A stretch of 64,000 nt of DNA from an uncultured Candidatus Saccharibacteria bacterium (GCA_964447515.1 CAYUSS010000002.1:11020-75019); one strand, 5' to 3'; positions 33,085 to 43,060 are shown, counted from the first letter of the stretch. Numbers and translations: made by a program. The notes: generated by a model not told the origin, from the letters alone.

Positions 33085-34119
33085 ATGGCAAAAATTGACT
33101 TCAAAACACTTAAAATTGAGGCCCAGAAAGCAGTAAAAGAAGCCAAAGATTTAAAGGAATTGGATACGGTTTATAGAAAATACCTGGGTAAAAAAGGAGA
33201 GCTTACCCTAATTTTGCGCTCTCTGAAATATCTCCCAGAAAAAGAAAGAAAGAAACAAGGAAAATTGGCTAATCAATTGAAAAAGGAGATTAGCTCCTTG
33301 ATAGAAGGGGAGAGTAAGAGTATTGAAAAGAAGGGGTTCTCCTTCGCTAAAGCTACGGAGGATAAACTTGATGTTACGGTTCCCGGGGAAAAACCTATTC
33401 TGGGTCATTTACACCCTTTGACCCTGGTTAAAAGAAAAACTGAGGAGGTTTTTCAGGCAATGGGTTTTTCAGTGATTGAAGGACCGGAGATTGAAAATGA
33501 ATGGTATAACTTTGATGCTTTAAATATTCCCAAAGACCATCCGGCCCGGGATGTCTGGGATACTTTGTGGATAAAAACAGAAGAAAAACCCTTACTTTTG
33601 CGGACTCATACAAGTCCGGTTCAGATAAGGTATATGGAAAAGAATAATCCTCCTTTAAGGATTATTGTCCCTGGTAGGATTTTTCGTCACGAAGCAACCG
33701 ATGCCAGTCATGAAATTAACTTTTATCAATTGGAAGGATTAATGCTCGGAAAAGAGATTGCTACAGCCAATTTCAAAGCGATTATTAAGGAATTCTTTTC
33801 CAGGTTTTTTGAAAAGGAGGTTAAAATTCGTTTAAGACCAAGTTATTTTCCTTTTACTGAACCGAGTTTTGAAGTAGATATGAGCTGTTTGGTTTGTGGG
33901 GGCAAGGGCTGTAAAGTTTGTTCTGGAACTGGTTGGGTAGAATTAATGGGAGCGGGAATGGTTCACCCTAATGTTTTGAAGGCAGCCGGAGTAAATCCCA
34001 AAAATTGGCAGGGATTTGCTTTTGGAATAGGGATGGATAGGTTAGCTATGATGAAGTATAAAATCAATAACATTAGATTGTTCTATTCAGGGGATTTACG
34101 ATTTCTTCAACAGTTCTAA
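33085..34119 (+). CDS. pheS: phenylalanine--tRNA ligase subunit alpha
   Basis: Class II motifs HPARD, LLRTHTSPVQIR, FRHEATDASH, GWVELMGAGMVHP, AFGIGMDRLAM. Confidence 0.95.
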   Translation: MAKIDFKTLKIEAQKAVKEAKDLKELDTVYRKYLGKKGELTLILRSLKYLPEKERKKQGKLANQLKKEISSLIEGESKSIEKKGFSFAKATEDKLDVTVPGEKPILGHLHPLTLVKRKTEEVFQAMGFSVIEGPEIENEWYNFDALNIPKDHPARDVWDTLWIKTEEKPLLLRTHTSPVQIRYMEKNNPPLRIIVPGRIFRHEATDASHEINFYQLEGLMLGKEIATANFKAIIKEFFSRFFEKEVKIRLRPSYFPFTEPSFEVDMSCLVCGGKGCKVCSGTGWVELMGAGMVHPNVLKAAGVNPKNWQGFAFGIGMDRLAMMKYKINNIRLFYSGDLRFLQQF

Positions 34120-34124
34120 ATTTT

Positions 34125-34143
34125 ACAGAGGGTCGCCCTCTGT
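34125..34143. repeat. REP-like hairpin ACAGAGGGTCGCCCTCTGT between pheS and pheT
   Basis: Perfect palindrome of the family that flanks the RAYT-like gene at 8520..9302. Confidence 0.75.
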
Positions 34144-34150
34144 TAACTTT

Positions 34151-36238
34151 ATGATTTTTTCATATAATTGGCTGCAATCGTTTTTTCAAAAGAAGTTACC
34201 AAAACCAGAGAAGCTGGCAGAGGTTTTGACTATGCATAGTTTTGAAGTGGAAGAAGTCAAAAAAGTAGGCAAAGATTTTGTCTTAGATATTGACGTTTTA
34301 CCAAATAGGGGACCAGATTGTTTTTCTCACATAGGAATAGCTCGTGAGTGCGCGGCTATAACAGAATTAAGAATTAAGAATCAAGAATCAAGAATAAAAG
34401 AAGATAAAAAACTAAAAGCCGAGGACTTTATTAAAGTAAAGGTTCGAGACAAAGAAGATTGTTATCGCTATACTGCCAGAGTTGTTGCCGATGTAAAAAT
34501 TGGCCCTTCGCCAAAATGGATTCAAGAGAGATTAAGAGTTTGTGGATTGAGGCCAATTAATAATATTGTAGATATTGCAAACTATGTAATGTTAGAAACT
34601 GGTCAGCCTCTTCACGCTTTTGATTTTGATAAAATTGAAGGTGGTAAAATTAAAGAAATAATTGTCAGAAAAGCAAGAGAAGGAGAGAAAATTGTAACGC
34701 TTGATGATGAAAAATATAACTTAGACAAAGACGTCTTAATTATTGCTGACCAAAAAAGACCTTTAGCCGTTGCTGGAGTAAAAGGAGGCAAAAAAGCAGA
34801 GATAGATAAAAATACCAAAACTGTTGTTTTGGAATCAGCTAACTTTAATCCCCGGGTTGTTCGCAGGGGTTCTAAGAAATTAAATTTAAAAACCGATGCT
34901 TCTTGGCGATTTGAGCATGGAATTGATCTTGATTTAACAGAAATAGCAATTAATCGGGCAGCTGATTTGATTCAGGAGATCGCTAAAGGTAAAATTACCT
35001 CGGGTTTGGTTGATGTTTATCCCAAGAAAGTTTTACCAAAGAAAATTAAACTGGATTTAAATTATGTTGAAGAATTATTGGGAATAAAAATACCAGAAAA
35101 AGAAATAAAAAATATTTTCCAGAGATTAGAATTTAAAATAACACAAGTCAGCCCTATGCAATTAGTAGTGGAGGTGCCGACTTTTAGGCTTGATATTTTT
35201 ATACCAGAGGATTTAATTGAAGAAATTGGTAGAATTTACGGATATCAGAAAATTCTAGCTACTTTTCCTGTTGTCTCTTTAATCCCTCCGAAAAAAAACT
35301 TCCAAATTTTTTGGGAGGATATCATAAAAAATATTTTAAAAGAAGCTGGCTTTGCAGAAATTTATAACTATTCCTTTATTGGAGATAAGGAATCTAAAAT
35401 TTTTGATTATAAAAATAGAGAGGTTATTGAATTAGAGAATCCAGTTAGTTCAGAGCAAAAATATTTGAGGCCAAGCTTAATTCCTAATTTATTAAAGAAT
35501 GTAGAAAGTAATTTTAGATACTTTGATGAAATCAAAGTTTTTGAGTTGGGAAAGATATTCAGAAAAAGGACCCTACGGGGAGTCTACGACAGCAAAAATC
35601 CAAAAATGGTTGAAAGAAAAATGATATCCGCTTTGATTGCTGAAAAAGGGAATAGTGGCGAATTATTTTATCGGTTAAAGGGAACTGTTGATTTGTTATT
35701 AAATAAACTTGGTATAAGCGATGTCTGGTATGATGATTATCGGCAAACTCCAGAGGAGAGTAAAATAATAATTTGGCATTCAAAAAAATGTGCAGAAATC
35801 AAAGTTGGTTCAGAAGAGATTGGATTTTTAGGAGAAATTTCTCCCAGAGTTTTAAAAGATTTAAATCTTAAAGGAAAAATAGTTTTGTTTGATTTAGATT
35901 TTGGAAAGCTCGTAAAACTTTGTTCTGAAGAACATGAATATCAGCCAATTTCTCAGCATCCGTCAGCGGTTCGAGATTTGGCAGTGTTGGTGCCGAGAGG
36001 TGTTAGGGTGGTGGAGGTTTTAAACAAAATTGGAGCTGTTAGCGGTTCTTTGGTAAGAGATGTTGACCTTTTTGATATTTACGAAGGGGAAGAGCTTCCC
36101 CGAGGAAAAAAGAACTTGGCTTTCCATATAATTTATCAAGCGGAAAATAGAACTTTGAAGTCAAAAGAAGTGGATAAGGTGCAGGAGAAGATAATCAGGT
36201 TATTAGAAAAAGATCCCGAGTGGCAGGTACGACGATAA
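34151..36238 (+). CDS. pheT: phenylalanine--tRNA ligase subunit beta (short form)
   Basis: B3/4 domain (NNIVDIANYVMLETGQPLHAFD), B5 and a C-terminal FDX-ACB-like domain. It follows pheS. In-frame repeat inserts lie at 34365-34395 and 35568-35608. Confidence 0.9.
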   Translation: MIFSYNWLQSFFQKKLPKPEKLAEVLTMHSFEVEEVKKVGKDFVLDIDVLPNRGPDCFSHIGIARECAAITELRIKNQESRIKEDKKLKAEDFIKVKVRDKEDCYRYTARVVADVKIGPSPKWIQERLRVCGLRPINNIVDIANYVMLETGQPLHAFDFDKIEGGKIKEIIVRKAREGEKIVTLDDEKYNLDKDVLIIADQKRPLAVAGVKGGKKAEIDKNTKTVVLESANFNPRVVRRGSKKLNLKTDASWRFEHGIDLDLTEIAINRAADLIQEIAKGKITSGLVDVYPKKVLPKKIKLDLNYVEELLGIKIPEKEIKNIFQRLEFKITQVSPMQLVVEVPTFRLDIFIPEDLIEEIGRIYGYQKILATFPVVSLIPPKKNFQIFWEDIIKNILKEAGFAEIYNYSFIGDKESKIFDYKNREVIELENPVSSEQKYLRPSLIPNLLKNVESNFRYFDEIKVFELGKIFRKRTLRGVYDSKNPKMVERKMISALIAEKGNSGELFYRLKGTVDLLLNKLGISDVWYDDYRQTPEESKIIIWHSKKCAEIKVGSEEIGFLGEISPRVLKDLNLKGKIVLFDLDFGKLVKLCSEEHEYQPISQHPSAVRDLAVLVPRGVRVVEVLNKIGAVSGSLVRDVDLFDIYEGEELPRGKKNLAFHIIYQAENRTLKSKEVDKVQEKIIRLLEKDPEWQVRR

Positions 36239-36338
36239 CAATTTTACAATTTTACAATTTAAAAATAAATTTAATAATTTTAAAATTCTAACATTTAATA
36301 AAAATTCTTAAATTCTAAAATTCTAAAATTTTTTAAGC

Positions 36339-38309
36339 ATGTCTCCTAAAAAAACAATAAAAAAAGAACCCAAAAAGGCAGCTAATCCGAGAAAAAAATC
36401 CGAAGAGAGTTATAGCGCTAAAGATATTTATGTTTTAAAGGGGTTGGTGCCGGTTAGAAGAAGACCGGCAATGTATATTGGTTCAACTGGTCCTGATGGT
36501 TTACATCATTTAATTTGGGAATGCTGTGATAATTGTTTTGACGAATTCATGATGGGATATGGAAATCAGATGGAAATGACTCTTTTACCAAATAATAGAG
36601 TGAAGGTGGTTGATAATGGTCGGGGGATTCCAGTAGAAAAACATCCTGTTACAAAAAAATCAGCCTTAGAAACAGTAATGACCACTTTACATGCCGGAGC
36701 AAAATTTGGAGGAAAGGCCTATCAGGTAGCTGGTGGTTTACATGGAGTAGGTGTTTCAGTTGTTTGTGCTTTATCTAAATATATGAGAGCAGAGGTCTGT
36801 CGAGGAGGGTTTAGATATTGCCAAGAGTATTCCAAGGGGAAAGCAAAAACAAAAGTTAAAAAAATAGGTCGCTGTCAACAGACCGGGACAACTGTTATAT
36901 TTGAATCAGACCCTGAAATTTTTAGAGAAATCAAGTTTAATTCAGAAGAAATTTTGAATCATCTGCGTCAACAGGCATATTTGACTAAAGGAATTAAAAT
37001 AACTTTTAGAGATGAAAGAGAAAAAGAAAAATCAAGCTACAGTTTTTATTTTGAAGGTGGTCTTGCCTCTTATATTGAATATTTAATTCATACCTCTACC
37101 CCTCGCCACCCTAATGTTTTTTATTGTTCAAGCGAAAAAAATGAGATAATTGTTGAAGCTGCCTTTCAATATACTGAAGAATATGAATGCTATGAAGAAA
37201 GTTTTGCTAATAATATTTATACCGGGGAAGGAGGCACTCATTTGACTGGATTTAGAGTTGCTTTAACTCGAAGTTTCAATGATTACGCCAGAAAAAATGA
37301 TTTTCTAAAAAAGACGGATGAGAATTTATCGGGAGCAGATATAAGAGAGGGTCTAACCGGAGTTATTTCAGTTAAAATAAAAGAACCTCAATTTGAAGGA
37401 CAGACCAAGGCGAAATTAGGAAATCCCGAAGCTAAGGTAGCTGTAGAGCAAGTAGTTTCTGAGTATTTAACTGATTTTTTAGAAAGAAATCCTCAAGACG
37501 CTAAAGCTATTATTGAAAAATGTATTCTATCTGCTAAAGCCAGAAAAGCAGCCAGGGCTGCTAAGGAAACTGTTTTAAGGAAAGGAGTTTTAGAGGGTCT
37601 TGCTTTGCCGGGGAAATTATCTGATTGTATCTCAAAAAAACCTGAAGAATCTGAACTCTATATAGTGGAGGGAGAGAGCGCCGGAGGCAGTGCAAGGCAG
37701 GGTCGGGATAGAAAGTTTCAGGCGATTTTGCCCCTTCGGGGCAAAATCTTAAATGTTGAAAGAGCCAGGATAGATAAAGTTTTATCCTCAAAAGAGATTA
37801 GAGCTTTAATTATTGCTTTAGGAACGGCTATTGGCGAGGATTTTAATATTGATAAAGCAAGATATCATCGAATAATTATTATGGCTGATAGCGACAGTGA
37901 TGGGAATCACATAAGGACCTTACTTTTAACTTTTTTCTATCGTTATTTCAAACCGGTAATTGAAAAAGGTTATCTCTATATTGCTCAACCTCCTTTATAT
38001 AAAATTCGGGCAGGGAAAAGAATAGAATATGTTTATACCGAAGATGGCAAACAGAAAGTTTTAGGTTTATTAAAAAAAGAGAAAATTACAAACCCTTCTA
38101 TTCAACGTTATAAGGGTTTAGGAGAAATGAACCCAGGGGAATTGTGGACAACCACTATGAATCCAGAGAGTCGTATTTTATTAAAAATTAAAATCGAAAA
38201 CGTCCAAGAAGCAGATAGAATTTTTGATACTTTGATGGGTGAAGAGGTGTTACCAAGAAAAAAGTTTATCCAAACCTACGCCAAAAAAGTAAAAAATTTG
38301 GATGTTTAA
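36339..38309 (+). CDS. gyrB: DNA gyrase subunit B
   Basis: GHKL ATPase (GLHHLIWECCDNCFDE, GGLHGVG), Toprim (YIVEGESAGGSA, PLRGKILNVE, MADSDSDGNHI), QRYKGLGEM. Confidence 0.93.
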   Translation: MSPKKTIKKEPKKAANPRKKSEESYSAKDIYVLKGLVPVRRRPAMYIGSTGPDGLHHLIWECCDNCFDEFMMGYGNQMEMTLLPNNRVKVVDNGRGIPVEKHPVTKKSALETVMTTLHAGAKFGGKAYQVAGGLHGVGVSVVCALSKYMRAEVCRGGFRYCQEYSKGKAKTKVKKIGRCQQTGTTVIFESDPEIFREIKFNSEEILNHLRQQAYLTKGIKITFRDEREKEKSSYSFYFEGGLASYIEYLIHTSTPRHPNVFYCSSEKNEIIVEAAFQYTEEYECYEESFANNIYTGEGGTHLTGFRVALTRSFNDYARKNDFLKKTDENLSGADIREGLTGVISVKIKEPQFEGQTKAKLGNPEAKVAVEQVVSEYLTDFLERNPQDAKAIIEKCILSAKARKAARAAKETVLRKGVLEGLALPGKLSDCISKKPEESELYIVEGESAGGSARQGRDRKFQAILPLRGKILNVERARIDKVLSSKEIRALIIALGTAIGEDFNIDKARYHRIIIMADSDSDGNHIRTLLLTFFYRYFKPVIEKGYLYIAQPPLYKIRAGKRIEYVYTEDGKQKVLGLLKKEKITNPSIQRYKGLGEMNPGELWTTTMNPESRILLKIKIENVQEADRIFDTLMGEEVLPRKKFIQTYAKKVKNLDV

Positions 38310-38314
38310 AATTC

Positions 38315-38343
38315 TTGACATTAAGTTTATCTTCAGTTATTAT
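38315..38343 (+). promoter_or_regulatory. sigma70-like promoter (TTGACA-17 nt-TATTAT) for secE-nusG-rplK
   Basis: TTGACA at 38315-38320, a 17-nt spacer, TATTAT at 38338-38343, located after the gyrB stop. Confidence 0.45.
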
Positions 38344-38492
38344 TAAGCCTACTAAAGATGATGGCCAAAGAGGCCTTTTTAAGTGTCCGAACAGCGTAAG
38401 CTCACTTCGTTCGCTCTATGCGAACACGCACATAGGAATAATTATTAGCAATTTGTAGATTAGCATTAAATTCTTAGATTAGCATCATATTT

Positions 38493-38693
38493 ATGAAAAT
38501 TAGCAATCTTCCTAAAAAAATTAGTACTTTTTTAAAGGAAGTTAAGTTGGAAATGAAAAAAGTTAACTGGCCAACAAAACAGGAGACCATAAAGTATACT
38601 TTAATTGTTATTGGAGTTTCTGTAGGAGTAGCTGCATTTTTAGGTGTCTCTGATTTTATTTTTACAACAATACTTAATAAATTTATATTGTAA
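38493..38693 (+). CDS. secE: preprotein translocase subunit SecE
   Basis: FLKEVKLEMKKVNWPTKQETIKYTLIVIGVSVGVAAFLG is typical of SecE. Precedes nusG. Confidence 0.9.
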   Translation: MKISNLPKKISTFLKEVKLEMKKVNWPTKQETIKYTLIVIGVSVGVAAFLGVSDFIFTTILNKFIL

Positions 38694-38760
38694 GAACCTG
38701 CTCGCTGCGCTCGCAGAACCTTGATTCGCTAAAGTATGAATAACATATAATCTTAAATTA
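38694..38760 (+). repeat. GAACCTG...CAGAACCTTGATTCGCTAA...TATAATCTT module upstream of nusG (short form of the 141-bp gatB unit)
   Basis: Shares both ends with 42779-42919. TATAAT at 38746-38751 lies 9 nt before the ATG, with no SD between them. Confidence 0.7.
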
Positions 38761-39306
38761 ATGCCTAAGCAACGTTTACCTCAACAAAAAAATTGGTATG
38801 TCATCCATACTTATTCTGGCTATGAAGATGCAGTTGCCAAAAACCTGAAGCAAAGGGTTGAATCTCTTGATATGGGAGATAAAATTTTTAATGTTTTAGT
38901 ACCAAAAGAAAAAAAGATTAAAATTAAAAATGGCAAAAGAAAAGTAATTGAAGAAAAGATTTACCCTGGTTATGTTTTAGTTGAAATGGTTGTAACTGAT
39001 GATTCTTGGTATGTTGTCAGAAATACCCCTAATGTAACTGGTTTCGTCGGGGTAGGGACTACGCCGGTGCCGGTTTCAGGAAAAGAAGTTGAAACCCTGA
39101 AGAAAATAGTAGGGGCGGAAACACCTCAATATAAGATTGAAGTTAAGGCAGGGGATACAGTAAAAATTATTGACGGCCCCTTTAAAGATTTCGATGGAAA
39201 AGTCTCAGAAATAGATGAAGAAAGAGGAAAGTTGAAAGTCTTGGTAAATATGTTTGGTAGAGACACCCCAGTGGAATTGGACTCATTACAGATTAAAAAA
39301 TTATAA
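38761..39306 (+). CDS. nusG: transcription termination/antitermination factor NusG
   Basis: NGN domain (WYVIHTYSGYEDAV) and KOW (GDTVKIIDGPFKDFDGKVSEID). Confidence 0.93.
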   Translation: MPKQRLPQQKNWYVIHTYSGYEDAVAKNLKQRVESLDMGDKIFNVLVPKEKKIKIKNGKRKVIEEKIYPGYVLVEMVVTDDSWYVVRNTPNVTGFVGVGTTPVPVSGKEVETLKKIVGAETPQYKIEVKAGDTVKIIDGPFKDFDGKVSEIDEERGKLKVLVNMFGRDTPVELDSLQIKKL

Positions 39307-39400
39307 TGCGATGCCAATATACTAATGAGCGATACCAATATACGAATACATACTAATGATACGAATTAAATTAGTATAATTCGTATATTAGTATTGATTT

Positions 39401-39826
39401 ATGAAAAAAATTAAAGCTATTATAAAACTGCAGATTCCGGCGGCTAAAGCAACGCCCGCCCCGCCGGTTGGACCGGCTTTAGCTCAATATGGGATAAATA
39501 TTGCTGAGTTTTGCCAGAAGTTTAATGAGGCGACAAGAGATAAATCAGGTTTTACTGCCCCAGTAGAGATTACTGTTTATGAGGACAGCAGTTATGAATT
39601 TAAAATAAAGCAGCCCCTTGCCTCTGAACTTTTAAAAAAAGCGGCCGGGATTGAAAAGGGTTCAGGTGTTCCAAATAAAACTAAAGTTGCTAAAATTACT
39701 GGTGCTCAATTAAAAGGAATCGCCCAAAAGAAAATGGCAGATTTGAACACTACCGACATTGGAAAAGCTATGAAGACAATTGAAGGAACAGCCAAGAATA
39801 TGGGCATAGAGATAAGTGATAAGTGA
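39401..39826 (+). CDS. rplK: 50S ribosomal protein L11
   Basis: [31 protein letters not shown] is typical of L11. Confidence 0.95.
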   Translation: MKKIKAIIKLQIPAAKATPAPPVGPALAQYGINIAEFCQKFNEATRDKSGFTAPVEITVYEDSSYEFKIKQPLASELLKKAAGIEKGSGVPNKTKVAKITGAQLKGIAQKKMADLNTTDIGKAMKTIEGTAKNMGIEISDK

Positions 39827-39873
39827 TAAGTGATAGCTGATAGGTTAAAAGATAAAGGATAATAAGCGTAAAA

Positions 39874-40380
39874 ATGAAAAAAAATAAAACAAAATCTAAA
39901 CATGTCCGCCCGGCATGGGAGGAATATTTTTTAGCTTTGTTGGAGCCATTGAGCAAAAGGGGAACTTGTGATAGGGGTCGTAGCGGCGCAGTTATTGTAA
40001 GTCCGGGGAATACTATTTTGGCTACGGGTTATGTGGGGGCGCCGCCGGGCCAGCCGCATTGTGATGATGTTGGGCATATGATGAGAACAGTAATTGACGA
40101 GGAGGGTAATAAATCTCAACACTGCGTGAGGACGTTGCATGCCGAAGAAAATGCTATTTTGCAGTGTGCTAAAGACGGCATAAAACTTGAGGGAGCGACA
40201 ATTTATTGCAAAATGGTTCCTTGTTATAACTGTGCTATGAGAATAGTGCGGGTAGGCATAAAAAGAGTAGTGGCGCAAAAAAGATATCATGCTGATAAAC
40301 TATCTTTGGAATTATTCAAAAGCGCCGGTGTAAAAGTAGTTATCGTTGATAATACAATAGAAAAATATAGCCAGCAATAA
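39874..40380 (+). CDS. comEB: dCMP deaminase
   Basis: Zinc motifs HAEENA and PCYNCA. N-terminal WEEYFLALLEPLSKRGTC is typical of dCMP deaminases. Confidence 0.85.
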   Translation: MKKNKTKSKHVRPAWEEYFLALLEPLSKRGTCDRGRSGAVIVSPGNTILATGYVGAPPGQPHCDDVGHMMRTVIDEEGNKSQHCVRTLHAEENAILQCAKDGIKLEGATIYCKMVPCYNCAMRIVRVGIKRVVAQKRYHADKLSLELFKSAGVKVVIVDNTIEKYSQQ

Positions 40381-40455
40381 ATTAATTTATGTCAGGCAAT
40401 AATGTATTGTTAAAAATTAAAAAATGAACCTTGAAAACTAAAAAGGAGATAAACG

Positions 40456-41325
40456 GTGGATATTGTAAAGGTAAGAAAGATTAGAAAAGATGCGAGGTTT
40501 CCGAAGAGAGCCACAAATTATGCAGTAGGTTATGATATTTTTGCCTCCCGAGTTTTAGATAGAAGAACTAAAAGAGCAAAAAGTAGCCTACCTGTAACAG
40601 TGTCACCTGAAGAGGCTGTTTTGGTTGGTACTGGAGTCCAAATTGCTATACCTGAAAATTGGCAATGTGAAGTTAGACCCCGAAGCGGCTTGGCGAGTAA
40701 ATATGATATCGAGCTTTCAAATTCTCCGGGCACCATTGATCCTGATTTTCGAGGCGAAGCGGGGGTTCTTTTGAGGAATCGAAACAAAAAGAGCCCTTTC
40801 ATAATAGAAAAGGATATGCGAATTGCTCAGTTGGTTTTTTCAGAGGTAAAAATACCTATTTTGAGAAGAGTAGAAAAACTTTCTTCTACTATTCGCGGAT
40901 CTGGAGGATTTGGATCCACTGGTCTTTTTGGAATAAGAGAAGGAACGATTGAATATCAGAAAAAAATTGAAGGGGCAGATATTGCTTATATGAGGGTAGT
41001 GAAATCTTTGGCTGATCTTCCCGAACAGAAGGGAAGGGCTTGTGTTATAGTTAAGAACGGAAATATAATTTCTACAAGTTTCACCATCGCAGTATCCAAT
41101 GAGACTTCTCCTGAGGAATTAAGCATTGCCAATATTTTGGCTTCAGGGTTAGGCTCTACTCAAGGAGCCACAATATATCTTAATGGTAAACCAAAGGAAT
41201 CTTTGCTTGAGCTAATTGTCAGGGCTGGTATAAGAGAAATGGTTTTGCCAAAGAGAAAATATAGCAGAAAGATTATAAGCGCTATTCAAGGAGTAGGTCT
41301 CTACATCCGCTATGTAGAGACGTGA
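40456..41325 (+). CDS. dut: dUTP diphosphatase fused to a C-terminal deaminase-like domain lacking zinc ligands
   Basis: dUTPase motifs AVGYDIFA, RPRSGLA, GTIDPDFRGE, RGSGGFGSTG. The C-terminal ~130 aa (CVIVKNGNIISTSF...IYLNGKPKESLLELIVRAGIREMVLP) look like a CDA fold without HxE/PCxxC. GTG start with SD AAGGAG. Confidence 0.75.
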   Translation: MDIVKVRKIRKDARFPKRATNYAVGYDIFASRVLDRRTKRAKSSLPVTVSPEEAVLVGTGVQIAIPENWQCEVRPRSGLASKYDIELSNSPGTIDPDFRGEAGVLLRNRNKKSPFIIEKDMRIAQLVFSEVKIPILRRVEKLSSTIRGSGGFGSTGLFGIREGTIEYQKKIEGADIAYMRVVKSLADLPEQKGRACVIVKNGNIISTSFTIAVSNETSPEELSIANILASGLGSTQGATIYLNGKPKESLLELIVRAGIREMVLPKRKYSRKIISAIQGVGLYIRYVET

Positions 41326-41407
41326 ATGTTTTAAGAGGGTTCTTATTTAAAGACCAAGAACCCTCTTTTTTTAAAATCTAAATTATGATATACTTTAACT
41401 GTAAATT

Positions 41408-42034
41408 ATGATTAAAAATCCCTATTCAGGAAAATTTGTAGTTATTGATGGGCTTGATGGCTCGGGACAAAGCACTCAGGCAGAATTTTTAAAAGATTTT
41501 TTTATTGAAGAAGATTATCAGGTAGTTTTAACAAAAGAACCAACTCAAGACTCTGAAGCTGGAAAAAAATTAAAAAAAATCTTAGAAAAGAAAATTAAAT
41601 CAGATCCCCTAAAATTGCAAGAATTATTTACCAAAGACAGAGAAGAACATTTGAAAAATATAATTATTCCAGCTCTAAAACAAGAGAAAATTATTATATC
41701 TGACAGATATTATTTTTCATCTTTTGCCTACGGCGCAGCTGATGGAGCTGATTTAGATAAATTAATTAAAATGAATGAGAACTTTTTATTACCAGATTTA
41801 ACAATAATTCTTAAAGTCAATCCTGAGATTTGTATTTCAAGGATAGAAAAACGGGGAAAAGAAAAAACTCTTTTTGAGAAAAAAGAACAACTTGCTAAAG
41901 TATGGGAAAATTATAAAATATTGACAACTAAATTTGAGAATGTTAATGTTGTTGATGGCGAAAAATCAATTGAGGAAGTTTTCAACCAAATTAAAAAGGT
42001 CGTTCTTTCAAAAATTTTTAAAAAAGGAGAGTAA
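41408..42034 (+). CDS. tmk: thymidylate kinase
   Basis: P-loop IDGLDGSGQSTQ and DRY motif SDRYYFSSFAYG. Confidence 0.9.
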   Translation: MIKNPYSGKFVVIDGLDGSGQSTQAEFLKDFFIEEDYQVVLTKEPTQDSEAGKKLKKILEKKIKSDPLKLQELFTKDREEHLKNIIIPALKQEKIIISDRYYFSSFAYGAADGADLDKLIKMNENFLLPDLTIILKVNPEICISRIEKRGKEKTLFEKKEQLAKVWENYKILTTKFENVNVVDGEKSIEEVFNQIKKVVLSKIFKKGE

Positions 42035-42035
42035 A

Positions 42036-42734
42036 ATGGCAGAGATTTTACAAAATAAAGGCTCTCATCGGATTTTATCAATTATGGCCGGGTTGGAAGG
42101 AGAAAATCCTTTGCAGTTAATTGAAATTGCCGGCCGTACTGCTTATCAAAGTAGAGATAAAATTACTGATGAGTCAGCAGCAAAATTCGTTGAGATGCTC
42201 AGGAAAAGAGGGCATGAGTCAGTAATTGAGCATTCCTGTATGACAGTGGAGTTTAATAATATTTGTCGCGGTTTTACCCATGAGTTGGTCCGACATAGAT
42301 TGGTTTCTTATACTCAAGAATCAACCAGATATGTTGATGAAAGTGATTTTCGAGTTGTAATTCCGCCTGATAAAAATCTAGACGAAAAACTGGTCTTACT
42401 TAATCTTTCAGATGGTAACACTATCAAAGTTTCTTTTCAGGATTGGATGAATTTAAATGAACAAATGTATAGGGGCTTAAGAGAGGCAGATTGGGTTTCT
42501 CAAGATGCCAGGCAGGTTTTGCCGATAGGTATAAAAGCTCAAATTGTTGCCACTGCTAATTTTAGAGAATGGCGGCATATTTTCAAATTAAGATGTGCTA
42601 ATAGTGCCCATTGGGAAATAAGAAGGGTAATGCTCAATCTTTTGAAAGATGTCCAAAAAAGAGTGCCGGTGATTTTTGATGATTTTGAAATAAGCGAAAA
42701 TGGTCAAAGTGCGAGCTTAAAGAGCTCCAAATAG
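42036..42734 (+). CDS. thyX: flavin-dependent thymidylate synthase
   Basis: ThyX signature ELVRHRLVSYTQESTRY. Start moved to ATG 42036 (SD AAGGAGA); the track start 41934 overlaps tmk. Confidence 0.9.
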   Translation: MAEILQNKGSHRILSIMAGLEGENPLQLIEIAGRTAYQSRDKITDESAAKFVEMLRKRGHESVIEHSCMTVEFNNICRGFTHELVRHRLVSYTQESTRYVDESDFRVVIPPDKNLDEKLVLLNLSDGNTIKVSFQDWMNLNEQMYRGLREADWVSQDARQVLPIGIKAQIVATANFREWRHIFKLRCANSAHWEIRRVMLNLLKDVQKRVPVIFDDFEISENGQSASLKSSK

Positions 42735-42749
42735 ATTTGGAGCTTTTTT
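42723..42749 (+). terminator. intrinsic terminator overlapping the thyX stop
   Basis: AGCTCCAAAT-AG-ATTTGGAGCT followed by T6. Confidence 0.75.
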
Positions 42750-42778
42750 CATTTTTCATTATTTGATAAAATTAATAT

Positions 42779-43060
42779 AAGAACCTGACTTCGTCAGAAC
42801 CTTGATTCGCTAAGGTATAGAAAACATATTGCGGCTTCGTCGCATAATTGCTTCACTCGGTTGAAGAAGAAAAATAAATTTTTCTTTTTCTCCCTCGTTT
42901 GCAATTATAATCTTGAATTAAGAACCTGACTTCGTCAGAACCTTGATTCGCTAAGGTATAGAAAACATATTGCGGCTTCGTCGCATAATTGCTTCACTCG
43001 GTTGAAGAAGAAAAATAAATTTTTCTTTTTCTCCCTCGTTTGCAATTATAATCTTGAATT
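42779..43060 (+). repeat. perfect tandem duplication, 2 x 141 bp, ending at the gatB start codon
   Basis: 42779-42919 and 42920-43060 read identically base for base. Each unit is the nusG-upstream module plus a ~75-bp internal palindromic insert. Confidence 0.9.

Noticed and set aside
38344-38392. A 13-codon mini-ORF (MMAKEAFLSVRTA) and the GGCC-AAAGA-GGCC hairpin in the secE leader, considered as a leader peptide or attenuator.
   Set aside because: It is too short, has no SD and no conservation evidence. The hairpin is only 4 bp.
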